From an uncultured Candidatus Saccharibacteria bacterium (GTDB lineage Bacteria > Patescibacteriota > Saccharimonadia > Saccharimonadales > Saccharimonadaceae), in NCBI GenBank assembly GCA_963526965.1, contig CAURPS010000003.1, positions 56,303-120,302 of the forward strand: 64,000 nt of DNA. The letters run 5' to 3'. Position numbers and translations under genes: made by a program. The notes beneath the pieces were generated by a model. It had not been told where the DNA came from. It saw only the letters and a program-made list of their open reading frames with translations, and ran no database searches. Positions 1 through 9,667 of this stretch are shown in pieces (the first letter of the stretch is position 1; each line of letters opens with the position of its first letter).

Positions 1-21
1 GTTTAGTGCTAAAATTGCATT

Positions 22-975
22 ATGACTAAACAAACACCTACAACAAGAAAACAACACATTATACCTCGATTTTATCTTAAACGATTTGCAGACAGTAACG
101 GCAACCTACAAATTTTAGATATCCAAAGAGGTAAAATTATAAAACCACGACCTTACAGCGGTGTTTGCTATGATGACTTTTTTTATGCTATTGAAACTGG
201 AAAAGAGGATGAAATAAGTCAGCTTATAGAGAAGCTCCTTGGCAAAATAGAAAATCAATTTGCTAGAGAATATAACAACATTATCAATACAATCTGGGGC
301 TATAAACCACTCTCAGAACGACAAGCAAATACTTTGGCACAATTTATGGCTTGCCTTTTAATTAGAAGCTCTTTTATGCGTGACCGTACAAACAAAATGA
401 TACTAGGCGGCATAAAAGAAATATTTTCTATGATTACTTCACATCCAGATTTCATCGATAACACTAAAGAAATTTTAAAAACATATGGAACTACCTTAAC
501 AGATCAACAAACTAAGTGCGCAATAGATAGTTTTGAGAGCAGCAATGAACAAGAATTAAATAATATCTATCATTTGATCTTAATCTCTCATCTTGACGAG
601 TTCCATCATTGGCTAGCTATAAAGAAATGGCGTTTTTACTTGGCAAAAGGTAGCAAGAAGTTTATCACTACAGACACTCCTGTAGTTGAGGTATTTGAAG
701 ACAACAGAGAAAAAACACTAATTGAACAAATGTATGGTAATCATATAGTACAAAGAAAGCACTATTTTGCTCTCACACCAGAAATACTTGTTGAGTTGAT
801 AGACCCCTCAATTCCAGGCAAGCAACAAAAAATAAAAGCTATTATGAACGACAACTTAATAAATCAATTTAATATTTTTCTATTAAAACGGTCAAATGAA
901 TATGCTTATACTGCAGACAAAAAGTTTTTGGAGGATATTTTACCCTCGTATAAAAACAACGATACATATAAATAA
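22..975 (+). CDS. DUF4238-family protein, function unknown (accessory-type gene)
   Basis: 317-aa ORF. The N-terminus TRKQHIIPRFYLKRFADSNG matches the signature start of DUF4238 as I recall it. Strongly AT-rich compared with the rest of the window. TGcTAAAAT extended -10-like box lies 6 nt before the ATG. Confidence 0.7.
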   Translation: MTKQTPTTRKQHIIPRFYLKRFADSNGNLQILDIQRGKIIKPRPYSGVCYDDFFYAIETGKEDEISQLIEKLLGKIENQFAREYNNIINTIWGYKPLSERQANTLAQFMACLLIRSSFMRDRTNKMILGGIKEIFSMITSHPDFIDNTKEILKTYGTTLTDQQTKCAIDSFESSNEQELNNIYHLILISHLDEFHHWLAIKKWRFYLAKGSKKFITTDTPVVEVFEDNREKTLIEQMYGNHIVQRKHYFALTPEILVELIDPSIPGKQQKIKAIMNDNLINQFNIFLLKRSNEYAYTADKKFLEDILPSYKNNDTYK

Positions 976-996
976 GACCGATTTTCATCGGTCTTT
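974..996 (+). terminator. hairpin overlapping the stop codon of the DUF4238 gene
   Basis: AAGACCGA-ttttca-TCGGTCTT, an 8-bp perfect stem (974-981 / 988-995). The downstream T-run is short, so strength is uncertain. Confidence 0.4.
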
Positions 997-1007
997 ATCA
1001 TGCATTG

Positions 1008-1082
1008 TGGCTCCGGAGACTGGGCTCGAACCAGCGACCTAATCGTTAACAGCGACCCGCTCTACCACTGAGCTACTCCGGA
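1008..1082 (-). tRNA. tRNA-Asn (anticodon GTT), CCA encoded
   Basis: Reverse complement folds as a cloverleaf: acceptor TCCGGAG/CTCCGGA, D arm GCTC-AGTGGTA-GAGC, anticodon loop CTGTTAA, T arm GCTGG-TTCGAGC-CCAGT, then G-CCA. Confidence 0.9.
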
Positions 1083-1092
1083 TTACTCTGTA

Positions 1093-1122
1093 AGTATACC
1101 GGTTAGAGGGGTGGTTCGTCAA
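1093..1122 (-). promoter_or_regulatory. sigma70-like promoter for tRNA-Asn
   Basis: On the minus strand: TTGACG (1117-1122), 18-nt spacer, TATACT (1093-1098). The -10 lies about 10 nt upstream of the tRNA 5' end. Confidence 0.45.
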
Positions 1123-1151
1123 GAGTCACGCCGCAAAATAGGCATTTTATG

Positions 1152-2918
1152 CTATGGCTGGCTGCGGAATTGTTCGATCCGCTTAGTTAGCTCAGCGATA
1201 TTGTTCCAACTACTGCCATCTGTCATGATGGCGAGGACGTATTTGTCGTTCGAGCCATAGACGATCGCTGCGTCGTGCAGGAGACCATTCAAGAATCCAA
1301 CCTTATCTGCCACCGTGCCATTCGTGCCAGCAGGAATGCCCTTGCGATACACATTAGCCTTGAGCGCAGAGAGGAATCGGTCGCGGTTGGCACTACTAAA
1401 GTTCTGCCCCGCATCAAGCATCACCATAAAGCGTGCAAGGTCATTTGCTGTGGTGTATGGGCCACCAGACTTGGCAAAAGTCGTGTCTTTGAATCCAATA
1501 TCATTAGCATCCTTTGTCACGACGTCATAACCAATGACTTTGAGGTAATTCTCTGCGCATGGGTTGTCGCTCTGGCTAATCATCTTATTGAAGCAAACTT
1601 GGTTGTCCTCCCAGCGCCAGCCTGCCAGCTGCTCGCGCCGAAGCACGCTATAGCCAACAAATAGTTTGTATGTACTGGCAGTGACAAATTGCTTGTTACC
1701 ATTGTAGCTTGCATTACGTTTCTTACCATCGATCTCTAAGAATGAGATACCATACGTCCCCGGATGATCCTCGGCATAGTGCTTGAGAAGAGCGTTGAGC
1801 CCGTCTTCGGTCGAGCTATAATTGCGGTCATATTCTACCTTGGCTGGCACCGTCTTCATCACTGCGGCTGGCTGTGGGCGTGTTTGATTAATAAACTCCG
1901 AGAGCTGCTGCGCAGTTGCGTCAATATCAAGAGTGCGCCCTGGCTTACCATCTGTGCGTGATGTTTCGGTGAGGTCGTACGTGGCAACTTTCGTGGTACC
2001 TGGGTCAATGTTCACCTTTGGCGTAACATGCTTTGTGAGATAGCCGGAGGCCTGTGATGCACTAATGCTTGCTACTAATGTCTTATCCTTTGGCTGAGCG
2101 ACAACCCACTGGGTGACTTCATTCGCTGGCAATGTTACCGTCTCGTCGTTTACCTTCAGCGCAACACCTTTGCCAATAACTTTCGTGATTTTTTGCTCGA
2201 GTGCATTCGCTGCATCGGTTGTAATGGCTGGGGCAATGCCACGCATTGGAATCTCAACAGTCGTGCCCTGCATGAGGCGCGGGCTAATTGCACCAATGCT
2301 GTGCGACACCGCACCACGCTCGCACTCACCGCCACGCCGCGCTTGATTCACTACCAGTTTACCGTGCTCTACCTTGAGACTAGCATCGACCGGCGCACGC
2401 TTACAGACTGGCATGATCGTCTGCGTAATATATTGTTCGGTACGCGTCGTAGTCGTTAATTTTGGCGAGCTCGGCACATCTGGCTGCCACCAGAACGACG
2501 ACAACGGCATAATTCGCCACAGCAAGGGATACTGCGCCTGCGCAAGCCGGTCGGTGTTGTCTACTGTAATAGCAAGTTGCTCAATCGTCGGCGAGGCAAT
2601 GGTTGTACCATCACCCACTAGCTTTACAGAGTGCCCTTGGTAGGCTTGATTAAGGGTCTCTGTGGCTTCTGGCAGTGTTTGCCAGCCAAGCGACACACCG
2701 TCGATCCGCGCATTTGGCAGCAGCCGATCACTCGGATACACCAGCTGGAATAACACATTGAGCCCAAGAATAACACCAATAGTGATATAGGTTTTGCGCC
2801 GTGTCCAGCGAATACGCAGCACTGGCACACGCCAATCGGCGAAACGGAGTTTTTCGGCAATAGTTGCCTTGCGGCGTCGGGGGTACGGACGCTGCGCGCG
2901 CGGAGGAGTATACATCAT
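1152..2918 (-). CDS. membrane-anchored extracytoplasmic serine hydrolase with a C-terminal class A beta-lactamase / PBP-like domain
   Basis: 588 aa. Basic N-terminus plus one TM segment (ITIGVILGLNVLFQLV). The C-terminal domain has SxxK (STYK), SDN (SQSDNP) and a KTG-like motif (DKVGF). The middle region resembles YoaR/VanW-type accessory domains, but only weakly. Confidence 0.65.
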   Translation of the reverse strand: MMYTPPRAQRPYPRRRKATIAEKLRFADWRVPVLRIRWTRRKTYITIGVILGLNVLFQLVYPSDRLLPNARIDGVSLGWQTLPEATETLNQAYQGHSVKLVGDGTTIASPTIEQLAITVDNTDRLAQAQYPLLWRIMPLSSFWWQPDVPSSPKLTTTTRTEQYITQTIMPVCKRAPVDASLKVEHGKLVVNQARRGGECERGAVSHSIGAISPRLMQGTTVEIPMRGIAPAITTDAANALEQKITKVIGKGVALKVNDETVTLPANEVTQWVVAQPKDKTLVASISASQASGYLTKHVTPKVNIDPGTTKVATYDLTETSRTDGKPGRTLDIDATAQQLSEFINQTRPQPAAVMKTVPAKVEYDRNYSSTEDGLNALLKHYAEDHPGTYGISFLEIDGKKRNASYNGNKQFVTASTYKLFVGYSVLRREQLAGWRWEDNQVCFNKMISQSDNPCAENYLKVIGYDVVTKDANDIGFKDTTFAKSGGPYTTANDLARFMVMLDAGQNFSSANRDRFLSALKANVYRKGIPAGTNGTVADKVGFLNGLLHDAAIVYGSNDKYVLAIMTDGSSWNNIAELTKRIEQFRSQP

Positions 2919-2934
2919 GTAGATATTATATCAT

Positions 2935-3297
2935 CTATGATGATTGGTCGCTCTGTAAAATTTCTAGTGCACGCTGCAAAACCGCAATATCATCAGCGGC
3001 ATTGTCCTGCTGCTCTAGTGCGCTTATTTTTGCACGAATCACCTGCTCGACTGGTGCCACCACTACATCCGCAGCATTCTGAGTGGGCGGTACCACTTGC
3101 AGGCTACGTGCTGAGTTATCCTTTTTGACCAAAAATCCACGAACAATCAGGCCATTGACATGCGCTGCTACCGTACTGACCGACTTATAGTCGAAGGCAC
3201 GCATAATTTCGCGGTAGCTTGGGCCGTAACCATTGCTCTTGATAAATGTGTCTATAAATGTCAATAATTCACGTTGTTTTCGCGTTGGGCTTGTCAT
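2935..3297 (-). CDS. LexA-type winged-helix DNA-binding protein lacking the S24 peptidase domain
   Basis: MTSPTRKQRELLTFIDTFIKSNGYGPSYREIMRAFDYKSVSTVAAHVNGLIVRGFL resembles the LexA N-terminal DNA-binding domain. The C-terminal 50 aa look coiled-coil. I chose the ATG at 3297 because it overlaps the upstream stop (ATGA at 3294-3297); the track start at 3336 would overlap the upstream gene by 43 nt. Confidence 0.6.
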   Translation of the reverse strand: MTSPTRKQRELLTFIDTFIKSNGYGPSYREIMRAFDYKSVSTVAAHVNGLIVRGFLVKKDNSARSLQVVPPTQNAADVVVAPVEQVIRAKISALEQQDNAADDIAVLQRALEILQSDQSS

Positions 3298-4592
3298 AAT
3301 CCATCCTCCGTTATCGCTAGTGCTGCCAGCCCCCACCAGAGCATCGACACAGTGTCGTCAACAAAAACTGGTAAGAACAATCCTATCACAGTTAAGCCGA
3401 TTCCGCCAGCAAAACTACCGAAAGCCAGCCAATACGACCGGCGATGCCATAATTTTACCAGCACACCAGTGGTTAATGCAACTAATAATAGTAATCCAAT
3501 CCAGCCAATTTCGTGAGCGACGAATAAATAGTGGTTTTCAATGATTAAGCTCTGCCCATTGCCAAGAAGTGATGCCGAGCCAGTGCTCCCCACGCCAGTG
3601 CCAAGTGGTTGCTGTAGAGCGCGCGCTAGGCCAGCTTGCAACGAAGTTATTCGGTCGCTGTCGGATGTTTGGGCGGGGCCATGCGTTGGGTCGTTATGCA
3701 AGATAACATTATCGATAAAGTGCGGGTCCATAGCGTAGCCAATACTACCAACAATCACCCCACAGCCAAGTACTACACCAGCACCCCACAGCACAATACG
3801 CCGAGATGCCTGTGACCGCCATGCGCTGACAATCGCAACAATACCAACACCAACCGCCACCGCGAGCAGCGCACTTCGCGAATAGCTCTGCCACACCGCA
3901 AGCGCCGCTAGCAGCGCCGCACCACCAAGCAGCCAGCGCCGCATAGGTGAGATACGCCGCCATTGCAATGCACCATACGCCACAATAAGCGTCAGGACAG
4001 TACTTGCATACGCTCCGAGCGGATTTGGCCCACGCAGCGTGCTATTAATGCGGACATAGGCACTGTTGGAGTCGACTGTTTGGTAAGGCTCGATCGTCGT
4101 CGGCCCGTAGCCAAGCGGCACAAGCACATCACGCGACAAAACAAGCTGCGCTGCCGCAAAACCAATCACAACAACCGCACCCGCACCGAGCATACGCAGC
4201 AACCAGCGCCGATACTGCGGATAATTACTCACAAACACATAGACTGCCGCACCAAGCGCCACAAAACGCAGGTCAATCAACAAACCTGATAGCAATGCCA
4301 AACCAGACGTTGGCACAAGCAGCGCCACCACGCCGTGCCACAGTGCAAAGGCGAGCGCAAGCTGAATAATGCGATCACTCAGCCAACGCTGCCACTGTCG
4401 ACGTAGCGTCACGTCGATAACAACAAGAAGCAAAACAATGAGAAGTAAAACTTCCTTCCACGCCTTGACAGAGAGTGTATAATCTGGCCAATGCGCACCA
4501 ACCCATACCGTCAGCGGTGCATGGATAGCCAACCCGAAAAATATCGTACACAAAAACCAAGCCGGTATCTTTTCTCGCAATAACCGCTTCAT
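3294..4592 (-). CDS. O-antigen ligase / polymerase-like polytopic membrane protein (Wzy_C-type)
   Basis: 432 aa with about 10-12 hydrophobic segments and a large loop (PYQTVDSNSAYVRINSTLRGPNPLGAY) typical of the O-antigen ligase/Wzy family. Sits in a glycan-cluster context. Confidence 0.6.
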   Translation of the reverse strand: MKRLLREKIPAWFLCTIFFGLAIHAPLTVWVGAHWPDYTLSVKAWKEVLLLIVLLLVVIDVTLRRQWQRWLSDRIIQLALAFALWHGVVALLVPTSGLALLSGLLIDLRFVALGAAVYVFVSNYPQYRRWLLRMLGAGAVVVIGFAAAQLVLSRDVLVPLGYGPTTIEPYQTVDSNSAYVRINSTLRGPNPLGAYASTVLTLIVAYGALQWRRISPMRRWLLGGAALLAALAVWQSYSRSALLAVAVGVGIVAIVSAWRSQASRRIVLWGAGVVLGCGVIVGSIGYAMDPHFIDNVILHNDPTHGPAQTSDSDRITSLQAGLARALQQPLGTGVGSTGSASLLGNGQSLIIENHYLFVAHEIGWIGLLLLVALTTGVLVKLWHRRSYWLAFGSFAGGIGLTVIGLFLPVFVDDTVSMLWWGLAALAITEDGL

Positions 4593-4644
4593 CTCTTTCT
4601 AGTGTAGCAAACTTTCGGTAAAAAGTGTTATAGTAACAGTTGTT

Positions 4645-6081
4645 ATGCCGTCAAAAAATACGAAATTTTATAGTCTCATTCTCATCGGCCTCGATTTTGT
4701 TGTGCTGATGGCGGTGTTTTTCATCGCATACTATGTCCGCACGCAAATCGATCACCGTGATTTGCTCCATACCGTCTATGCCAGCGACTACTTGCTCGGT
4801 TTCGTCGTCATTGCACCAGTGTGGATTATCCTCTATGCCTCGCTTGGGCTCTATAGCGCAAGTGTCTACGGCCGGCGGCTCGTCGAGTGGGGGCGGCTGT
4901 TGCTGGGGACATTCATGGGTATTCTGCTCGTGATTGGCTGGGAGTACGGCACACGAATGTATATCTTTCCGGCTCGCTTGGTGGCGATGTATGTCTTTCT
5001 TGGTTCGTTTTTGGCAATTGGCACAGTGCGCGAGCTGTTTCGCCTGACGCGGAGCTGGCTCTTCCAGTACAACCATGGCGTGAACCGTGTGATGGTGATT
5101 GGGACATCGCTGGCAACGCGTGACATCGCTGAGTCGATCTCAACCACCTACAAGTCAGGTTTTCGCGTTGTGGCAATGGCTGGCCCTAAGCGCTTTGTGC
5201 CACCTGGGCTCGATGTTGTTCATTTTGCATCACTCGACCCTGCCCTTGCGCAGATCAAGGAGCTCAAGATCGACACCATTATCCAAACCAACCTCTACGA
5301 AAACGAGGAAAAGAATCAAAAAGTGCTTGGTGCCGCACAGGTCAACCATATCCAATACAACTTCATCCCTGGCGAGCCAGAATTTTATACTGGCAAAAAC
5401 ACCATCGATGTTTTTCTTGGCTACCCAATGATTACCGTTAGTCAAACACCACTCATTGGCTGGGGAGAAATCGCAAAGCGGATTTTCGACACAATTATTT
5501 CTGGCATATTACTCATTGCCCTTGCCCCGCTTTTTGTACTCCTTATCATTATGCAAAAGATCTTTAACCCTGGGCCAGCATTTTATATCTCAAAGCGCCT
5601 CAGTCGCTACTCCGAGCCAATCCAGCTCATCAAGTTCCGTAGTATGGGTGCACAATATGGCAAGCAAGACGCGGCTGATGAATTCCGTGCAATGGGTCGC
5701 GACGACCTGGCTGAAGAGTATGAAAAAAACCGCAAGGTCGAACACGACCCACGCATCACTCGCTTTGGCAATTTTTTGCGGGCAACATCACTTGACGAAT
5801 TACCCCAGATTTTCAACGTCTTTCGTGGTGATTTGAGCTTGGTTGGGCCGCGGCCAATTCTACCCCAAGAAGTGAAGTTTAGTTCAGCCCGCACGGCACT
5901 CTTGCACAGCGTGAAGTCAGGGGTGACGGGCCTATGGCAGGTATCTGGGCGCTCAAACCTGAGCTTCGATGAGCGGATCGAGCTTGAGCTATTTTATGCC
6001 CAAAACTGGAGCTTCTGGCTAGATATTAAGATTCTATTCAAGACAATCGGCGTGGTGCTACGCAAGACGGGTGCAAAATAG
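4645..6081 (+). CDS. polyprenyl-phosphate hexose-1-phosphate transferase (WbaP/CpsE-like initiating sugar transferase)
   Basis: 478 aa with N-terminal TM segments and the C-terminal bacterial sugar transferase signature DELPQIFNVFRGDLSLVGPRP ... GLWQVSGRS. Confidence 0.85.
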   Translation: MPSKNTKFYSLILIGLDFVVLMAVFFIAYYVRTQIDHRDLLHTVYASDYLLGFVVIAPVWIILYASLGLYSASVYGRRLVEWGRLLLGTFMGILLVIGWEYGTRMYIFPARLVAMYVFLGSFLAIGTVRELFRLTRSWLFQYNHGVNRVMVIGTSLATRDIAESISTTYKSGFRVVAMAGPKRFVPPGLDVVHFASLDPALAQIKELKIDTIIQTNLYENEEKNQKVLGAAQVNHIQYNFIPGEPEFYTGKNTIDVFLGYPMITVSQTPLIGWGEIAKRIFDTIISGILLIALAPLFVLLIIMQKIFNPGPAFYISKRLSRYSEPIQLIKFRSMGAQYGKQDAADEFRAMGRDDLAEEYEKNRKVEHDPRITRFGNFLRATSLDELPQIFNVFRGDLSLVGPRPILPQEVKFSSARTALLHSVKSGVTGLWQVSGRSNLSFDERIELELFYAQNWSFWLDIKILFKTIGVVLRKTGAK

Positions 6082-6380
6082 ACGACATATTGTTATAGAG
6101 CTGAAGTAAGAGAGAATAACCTCAACAGGCTATTCCTTGTTTAGATTCCAAACCACACTATCTTTTGATAGCTTCGCCTTGCTCTATCTACTGGAATACT
6201 TGGTTTATTAGTTTTCATAACAAACCGTCATCTTTAATATAAAAGATTAATAGTGGGAGGTGCCGATGCTTTATAACGTCTCTAAGAAAGCAGTAGAAGT
6301 GTGGGACAGAAAATCGCAACAATAAGCCGTCAGACTTGGGCACTGCTCACAAAAAAAGCGTGTAGCCCTCAGTTCCTTAG

Positions 6381-7505
6381 TTATTTTATCATCTGATCGC
6401 GCACTACCTTGCGTAGCTTGGTCAGAAATAGCGTCTTGTCAAAACGCTGTGCAGTGCGACGCAATACCGTCGGATCAAAGGTTCGTTTCTCGGCCTGCTC
6501 AATTGCTTTAGCAACGCTAATGCTCGTCTGCCGGTCGAATAGCACACCCACTTCGGGCGACGTGACAATATCCGTTGTGCCTCCACGCGCTAGGCCAATC
6601 ACTGGTGCACCAGCCGCTAGCGCTTCAACACTGACAATCCCAAAGTCCTCCTCTGCTGGATAGATAAAGCCACGCGCTGTTGTAATAGCCTTCTCATACT
6701 CGGCATCGCTCGCATCGCCGAAGCGATCAGTGCGGAACTCAACCGTTGGGCCAGCCAGATCAACAAGCCTATTGTGTGCGGGGCCATTACCAAAGACGAT
6801 CAGCTTCTTGCCAAGCTTCGTCGCTGCTGTGACTGCCAGGTCGTACCGCTTATATGGCAACTGCCGGCCAATCGTCACATAATGATCACCCCGCTTGGCA
6901 GCAGGTGCAAACCGGCTTATATCTACCGGTGGATGAATAACTATGCTATTTCGATTGTAATATTTTTTAATGCGCTGCTGCGTCTCGGTAGAGTTTGCCA
7001 AGAAAACATCGACTTGCCGAGCGGCTTGGAGGTCTAGCTTGCGCTGGTGTGGCACCATGAGCGGCATGAGTGTGCGAATGAGCGGATTGAGATTACCATA
7101 GCCTGGGTCGCGCCGATATTCGTTGTAGTGGCTCCAGTAGTATCGTGGTGGTGTATGGCAGTAGTTGATGATGACTTGGCCAGGCCGCGTCTTTCTCACT
7201 TGGTGACCATGCATATATGAACTGGTGAGGATGATATCAAACTCACGCAGATCAAGCCGCCGCATCGCTTTGACAGCCAGTGTTGGAAACAGCTTATAAT
7301 ACGTGCGCACCTTGCGCGGAATTTTTTGCAAAAACGACGGCCGGATATCAAGCTCAGCAAAGGCCGGCATTTTGTCTTCATTGTACATTGCGGTATAGAT
7401 CGGCGCATCTGGAAAGGCTTCGTGCATAGCGAGCACGACATTCTCAGCACCACCCATTGTTGTCAAGAAGTCGCAGACAATGGCAATTTTGGGTTGTTTA
7501 CTCAT
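6381..7505 (-). CDS. GT4-family (GT-B fold) glycosyltransferase
   Basis: C-terminal EEDFGIVSVEALAAGAPVIG (E-x7-E type) motif. I preferred the ATG at 7505 (MSKQPKIAIV) over the TTG at 7523 given in the track. Confidence 0.8.
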   Translation of the reverse strand: MSKQPKIAIVCDFLTTMGGAENVVLAMHEAFPDAPIYTAMYNEDKMPAFAELDIRPSFLQKIPRKVRTYYKLFPTLAVKAMRRLDLREFDIILTSSYMHGHQVRKTRPGQVIINYCHTPPRYYWSHYNEYRRDPGYGNLNPLIRTLMPLMVPHQRKLDLQAARQVDVFLANSTETQQRIKKYYNRNSIVIHPPVDISRFAPAAKRGDHYVTIGRQLPYKRYDLAVTAATKLGKKLIVFGNGPAHNRLVDLAGPTVEFRTDRFGDASDAEYEKAITTARGFIYPAEEDFGIVSVEALAAGAPVIGLARGGTTDIVTSPEVGVLFDRQTSISVAKAIEQAEKRTFDPTVLRRTAQRFDKTLFLTKLRKVVRDQMIK

Positions 7506-7544
7506 AGTATCAGTGTAGCGCAAAGGAGAGATTTTACCTATACC

Positions 7545-9371
7545 CTACTCTACCGTCACGCTCTTGGCAAGATTGCGCGGCTGGTCGACGTCGTGCCCCC
7601 GCTCCACCGCCATATAATAAGCAAAGAGCTGTGATATCACGTTAAACAAAACTGGTGTGAGATGCTGCAGCTTGGTCGCGACACGCACCACCGTCTCGGC
7701 AGGGACGCGTTTATCTGTGTCGGTAATGACAATCGCATGGGCGCCACGTGCATTCATCTCTATCAAATTACTCTGCGATTTTTCGTACAGCCAGTTGTCC
7801 TGCAAATAACACACTTCGAAGAAATGATCGTCGATCAGGGCAATTGGCCCATGCTTGAGCTCACCTGCTGCATAGGCTTCAGCATGAATGTAGCTTACCT
7901 CCTTAAGCTTGAGTGCGCCCTCAAGTGCAGCTGGGTAGAGTGTGTCGCGACCAATATAAAGCGCATGATTATAGTGGGCATAATTATGTGCGATGTTTTT
8001 GACGCTATCAGCTTGCTTAGCCAGCGTCTTTTCAATCTCGGCTGGTAGCATCTCAAGCTCATTAATAAACTCACCCATCAGCCGTGGGTTTGTCCCTTTG
8101 GCTGCTGCGAGCATGAGGCCAAAGATCGTCATCGCTGCCACTTGCGAAGTAAAGGCCTTAGTGCTGGCCACACTGATCTCTGCCCCCACGTGTACATATA
8201 CTCCACCATCAACTTCGCGTGCAATCGTGCTCCCCACTGCATTAACGACACCAAGGCACGTCACACCACGCCGTTTGAGCTCCGTGAGGCAGGCCAATGT
8301 ATCGGCCGTCTCACCACTCTGACTCACAATGAGCGCAACGGTATGCTCGGGGATGTTATATGCTCGGTAGCGTAGCTCACTAGCAATCTCCACACTCACT
8401 GTCACATCATCAGTTAGTTGCTCAATAAAATAACTAGCCTGCATTCCCGCAAAATACGCCGTGCCACAGCCGACAATCATCACATGCTTGATCTGCCGCA
8501 ATTCAGCATCACTTAAGCCTATACCGCCTAGCCGGGCATAGCGCTGCGCGGCAATCACTCGCCCAGCCAGCGTTGCCGCAAGGCTGGTCGGCTGCTCAAA
8601 TATTTCTTTGAGGAGAAAGTGGTCATACCCCTGTTTTTGAATAGCTTGCAAATCCATCTCTAGCGTCTCTACTTGCACATCGACCACTTGCGAATCAGTT
8701 GTTTGAAGCTCGAGACCAGTGCGGGTGCAGCGCCCTACTTCACCATCATGGAGATAGACCACTTGGTTGGTATATCCCACCAAGGCCGATGCATCACTGG
8801 CAATGTACGTTTCGCCGTCGCCCAGCCCAACAATGAGTGGACTACCCTTGCGTGCCACAATGATTTCGTCAGGGTTATCTGCTTGGACGACCGCCAAGCC
8901 GTACGTACCCACCACCATTTTGAGCGCACCTCGCACTGCTGCCAAGAGGTCTGGTGCTTGCTTGTGTAGGTAGTCGATGAGCGCCGTCAACACCTCAGTA
9001 TCAGTATCACTCTTAAATTCATACTCGTGCGCTGCAAGCATCGTCTTGAGCGCCTGATAGTTCTCGATAATGCCATTATGTACAACATAGATCTGCCCCA
9101 CCTGATGTGGATGAGCGTTGCGCTTGCTCGGTGCACCATGGGTTGCCCAGCGAGTATGCCCAATGCCAACTGTATCAGTCGTCTTGTGGCGAGCTGTTAG
9201 CTCATTCAGCGCAGCCACCTTGCCTTTTGTTCTGAGTAACGTTGGCGCGGCATCCTCATCGAGTGTAACAATACCAGCACTATCATATCCGCGATATTCA
9301 AGCCGCTTGAGTTCCGTCAGCAGTACACTCTGCGCTGGTCGCGTTCCGATATATCCAACTATTCCACACAT
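7545..9371 (-). CDS. glmS: glutamine--fructose-6-phosphate aminotransferase
   Basis: 608 aa. Starts MCGIVGYIG (Ntn Cys), has two SIS domains, and ends in the canonical C-terminus PRNLAKSVTVE. Confidence 0.95.
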   Translation of the reverse strand: MCGIVGYIGTRPAQSVLLTELKRLEYRGYDSAGIVTLDEDAAPTLLRTKGKVAALNELTARHKTTDTVGIGHTRWATHGAPSKRNAHPHQVGQIYVVHNGIIENYQALKTMLAAHEYEFKSDTDTEVLTALIDYLHKQAPDLLAAVRGALKMVVGTYGLAVVQADNPDEIIVARKGSPLIVGLGDGETYIASDASALVGYTNQVVYLHDGEVGRCTRTGLELQTTDSQVVDVQVETLEMDLQAIQKQGYDHFLLKEIFEQPTSLAATLAGRVIAAQRYARLGGIGLSDAELRQIKHVMIVGCGTAYFAGMQASYFIEQLTDDVTVSVEIASELRYRAYNIPEHTVALIVSQSGETADTLACLTELKRRGVTCLGVVNAVGSTIAREVDGGVYVHVGAEISVASTKAFTSQVAAMTIFGLMLAAAKGTNPRLMGEFINELEMLPAEIEKTLAKQADSVKNIAHNYAHYNHALYIGRDTLYPAALEGALKLKEVSYIHAEAYAAGELKHGPIALIDDHFFEVCYLQDNWLYEKSQSNLIEMNARGAHAIVITDTDKRVPAETVVRVATKLQHLTPVLFNVISQLFAYYMAVERGHDVDQPRNLAKSVTVE

Positions 9372-9630
9372 AGGTTTTTCCTTTCTTCTTGTATTATAGC
9401 GCTTTGGTCTTTGCCTTCTAGTGTACTCTCATTTTTTAAATAATTTTGCAAAAATGTAAAAATTACAATGATTTTTCTCTGTTGCTACCTGATGCTATTT
9501 TTACATCAATAGTCCTTTGAGTATAAAATACTAGAAAAAAGTGGCAAAAGATAAGACGGAATGCAGCGCCCACCTTCAGCTATAATTAAGCCGATATACA
9601 CATACTTATAGATGAAAATAACACGATATG

Positions 9631-9660
9631 TTCGACATTTTTTCGACGAAGAGGTATACT
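9631..9660 (+). promoter_or_regulatory. promoter of galE, probably giving a leaderless or near-leaderless mRNA
   Basis: TTCGAC (9631-9636), 18 nt, TATACT (9655-9660). The ATG at 9668 lies only 7 nt after the -10 and there is no Shine-Dalgarno. Confidence 0.45.
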
Positions 9661-9667
9661 AAGTGGT

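Noticed and set aside
974-986. 13-mer AAGACCGATTTTC repeated at 974-986 and 32894-32906.
   Set aside because: Exact 13-mers shared by chance are expected several times in a 64-kb window. The flanks do not align, and only the first copy forms a hairpin.
6265-6324. 19-codon micro-ORF (MLYNVSKKAVEVWDRKSQQ) with a GGAGG Shine-Dalgarno 5 nt upstream, in the 300-bp convergent spacer.
   Set aside because: It is too short to support from sequence alone, with no recognisable family and no promoter seen. I record it only in case ribosome profiling or conservation data exist.
9372-9667. Possible glmS ribozyme in the 5' leader of glmS (minus strand).
   Set aside because: I read the reverse complement and found no AGCGCC cleavage-site/P1 arrangement and no conserved GACGAGG-type core on the glmS strand. 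A TATAAT box sits only about 22 nt from the ATG, leaving no room for a roughly 170-nt ribozyme. An AGCGCC on the opposite strand is the wrong orientation.
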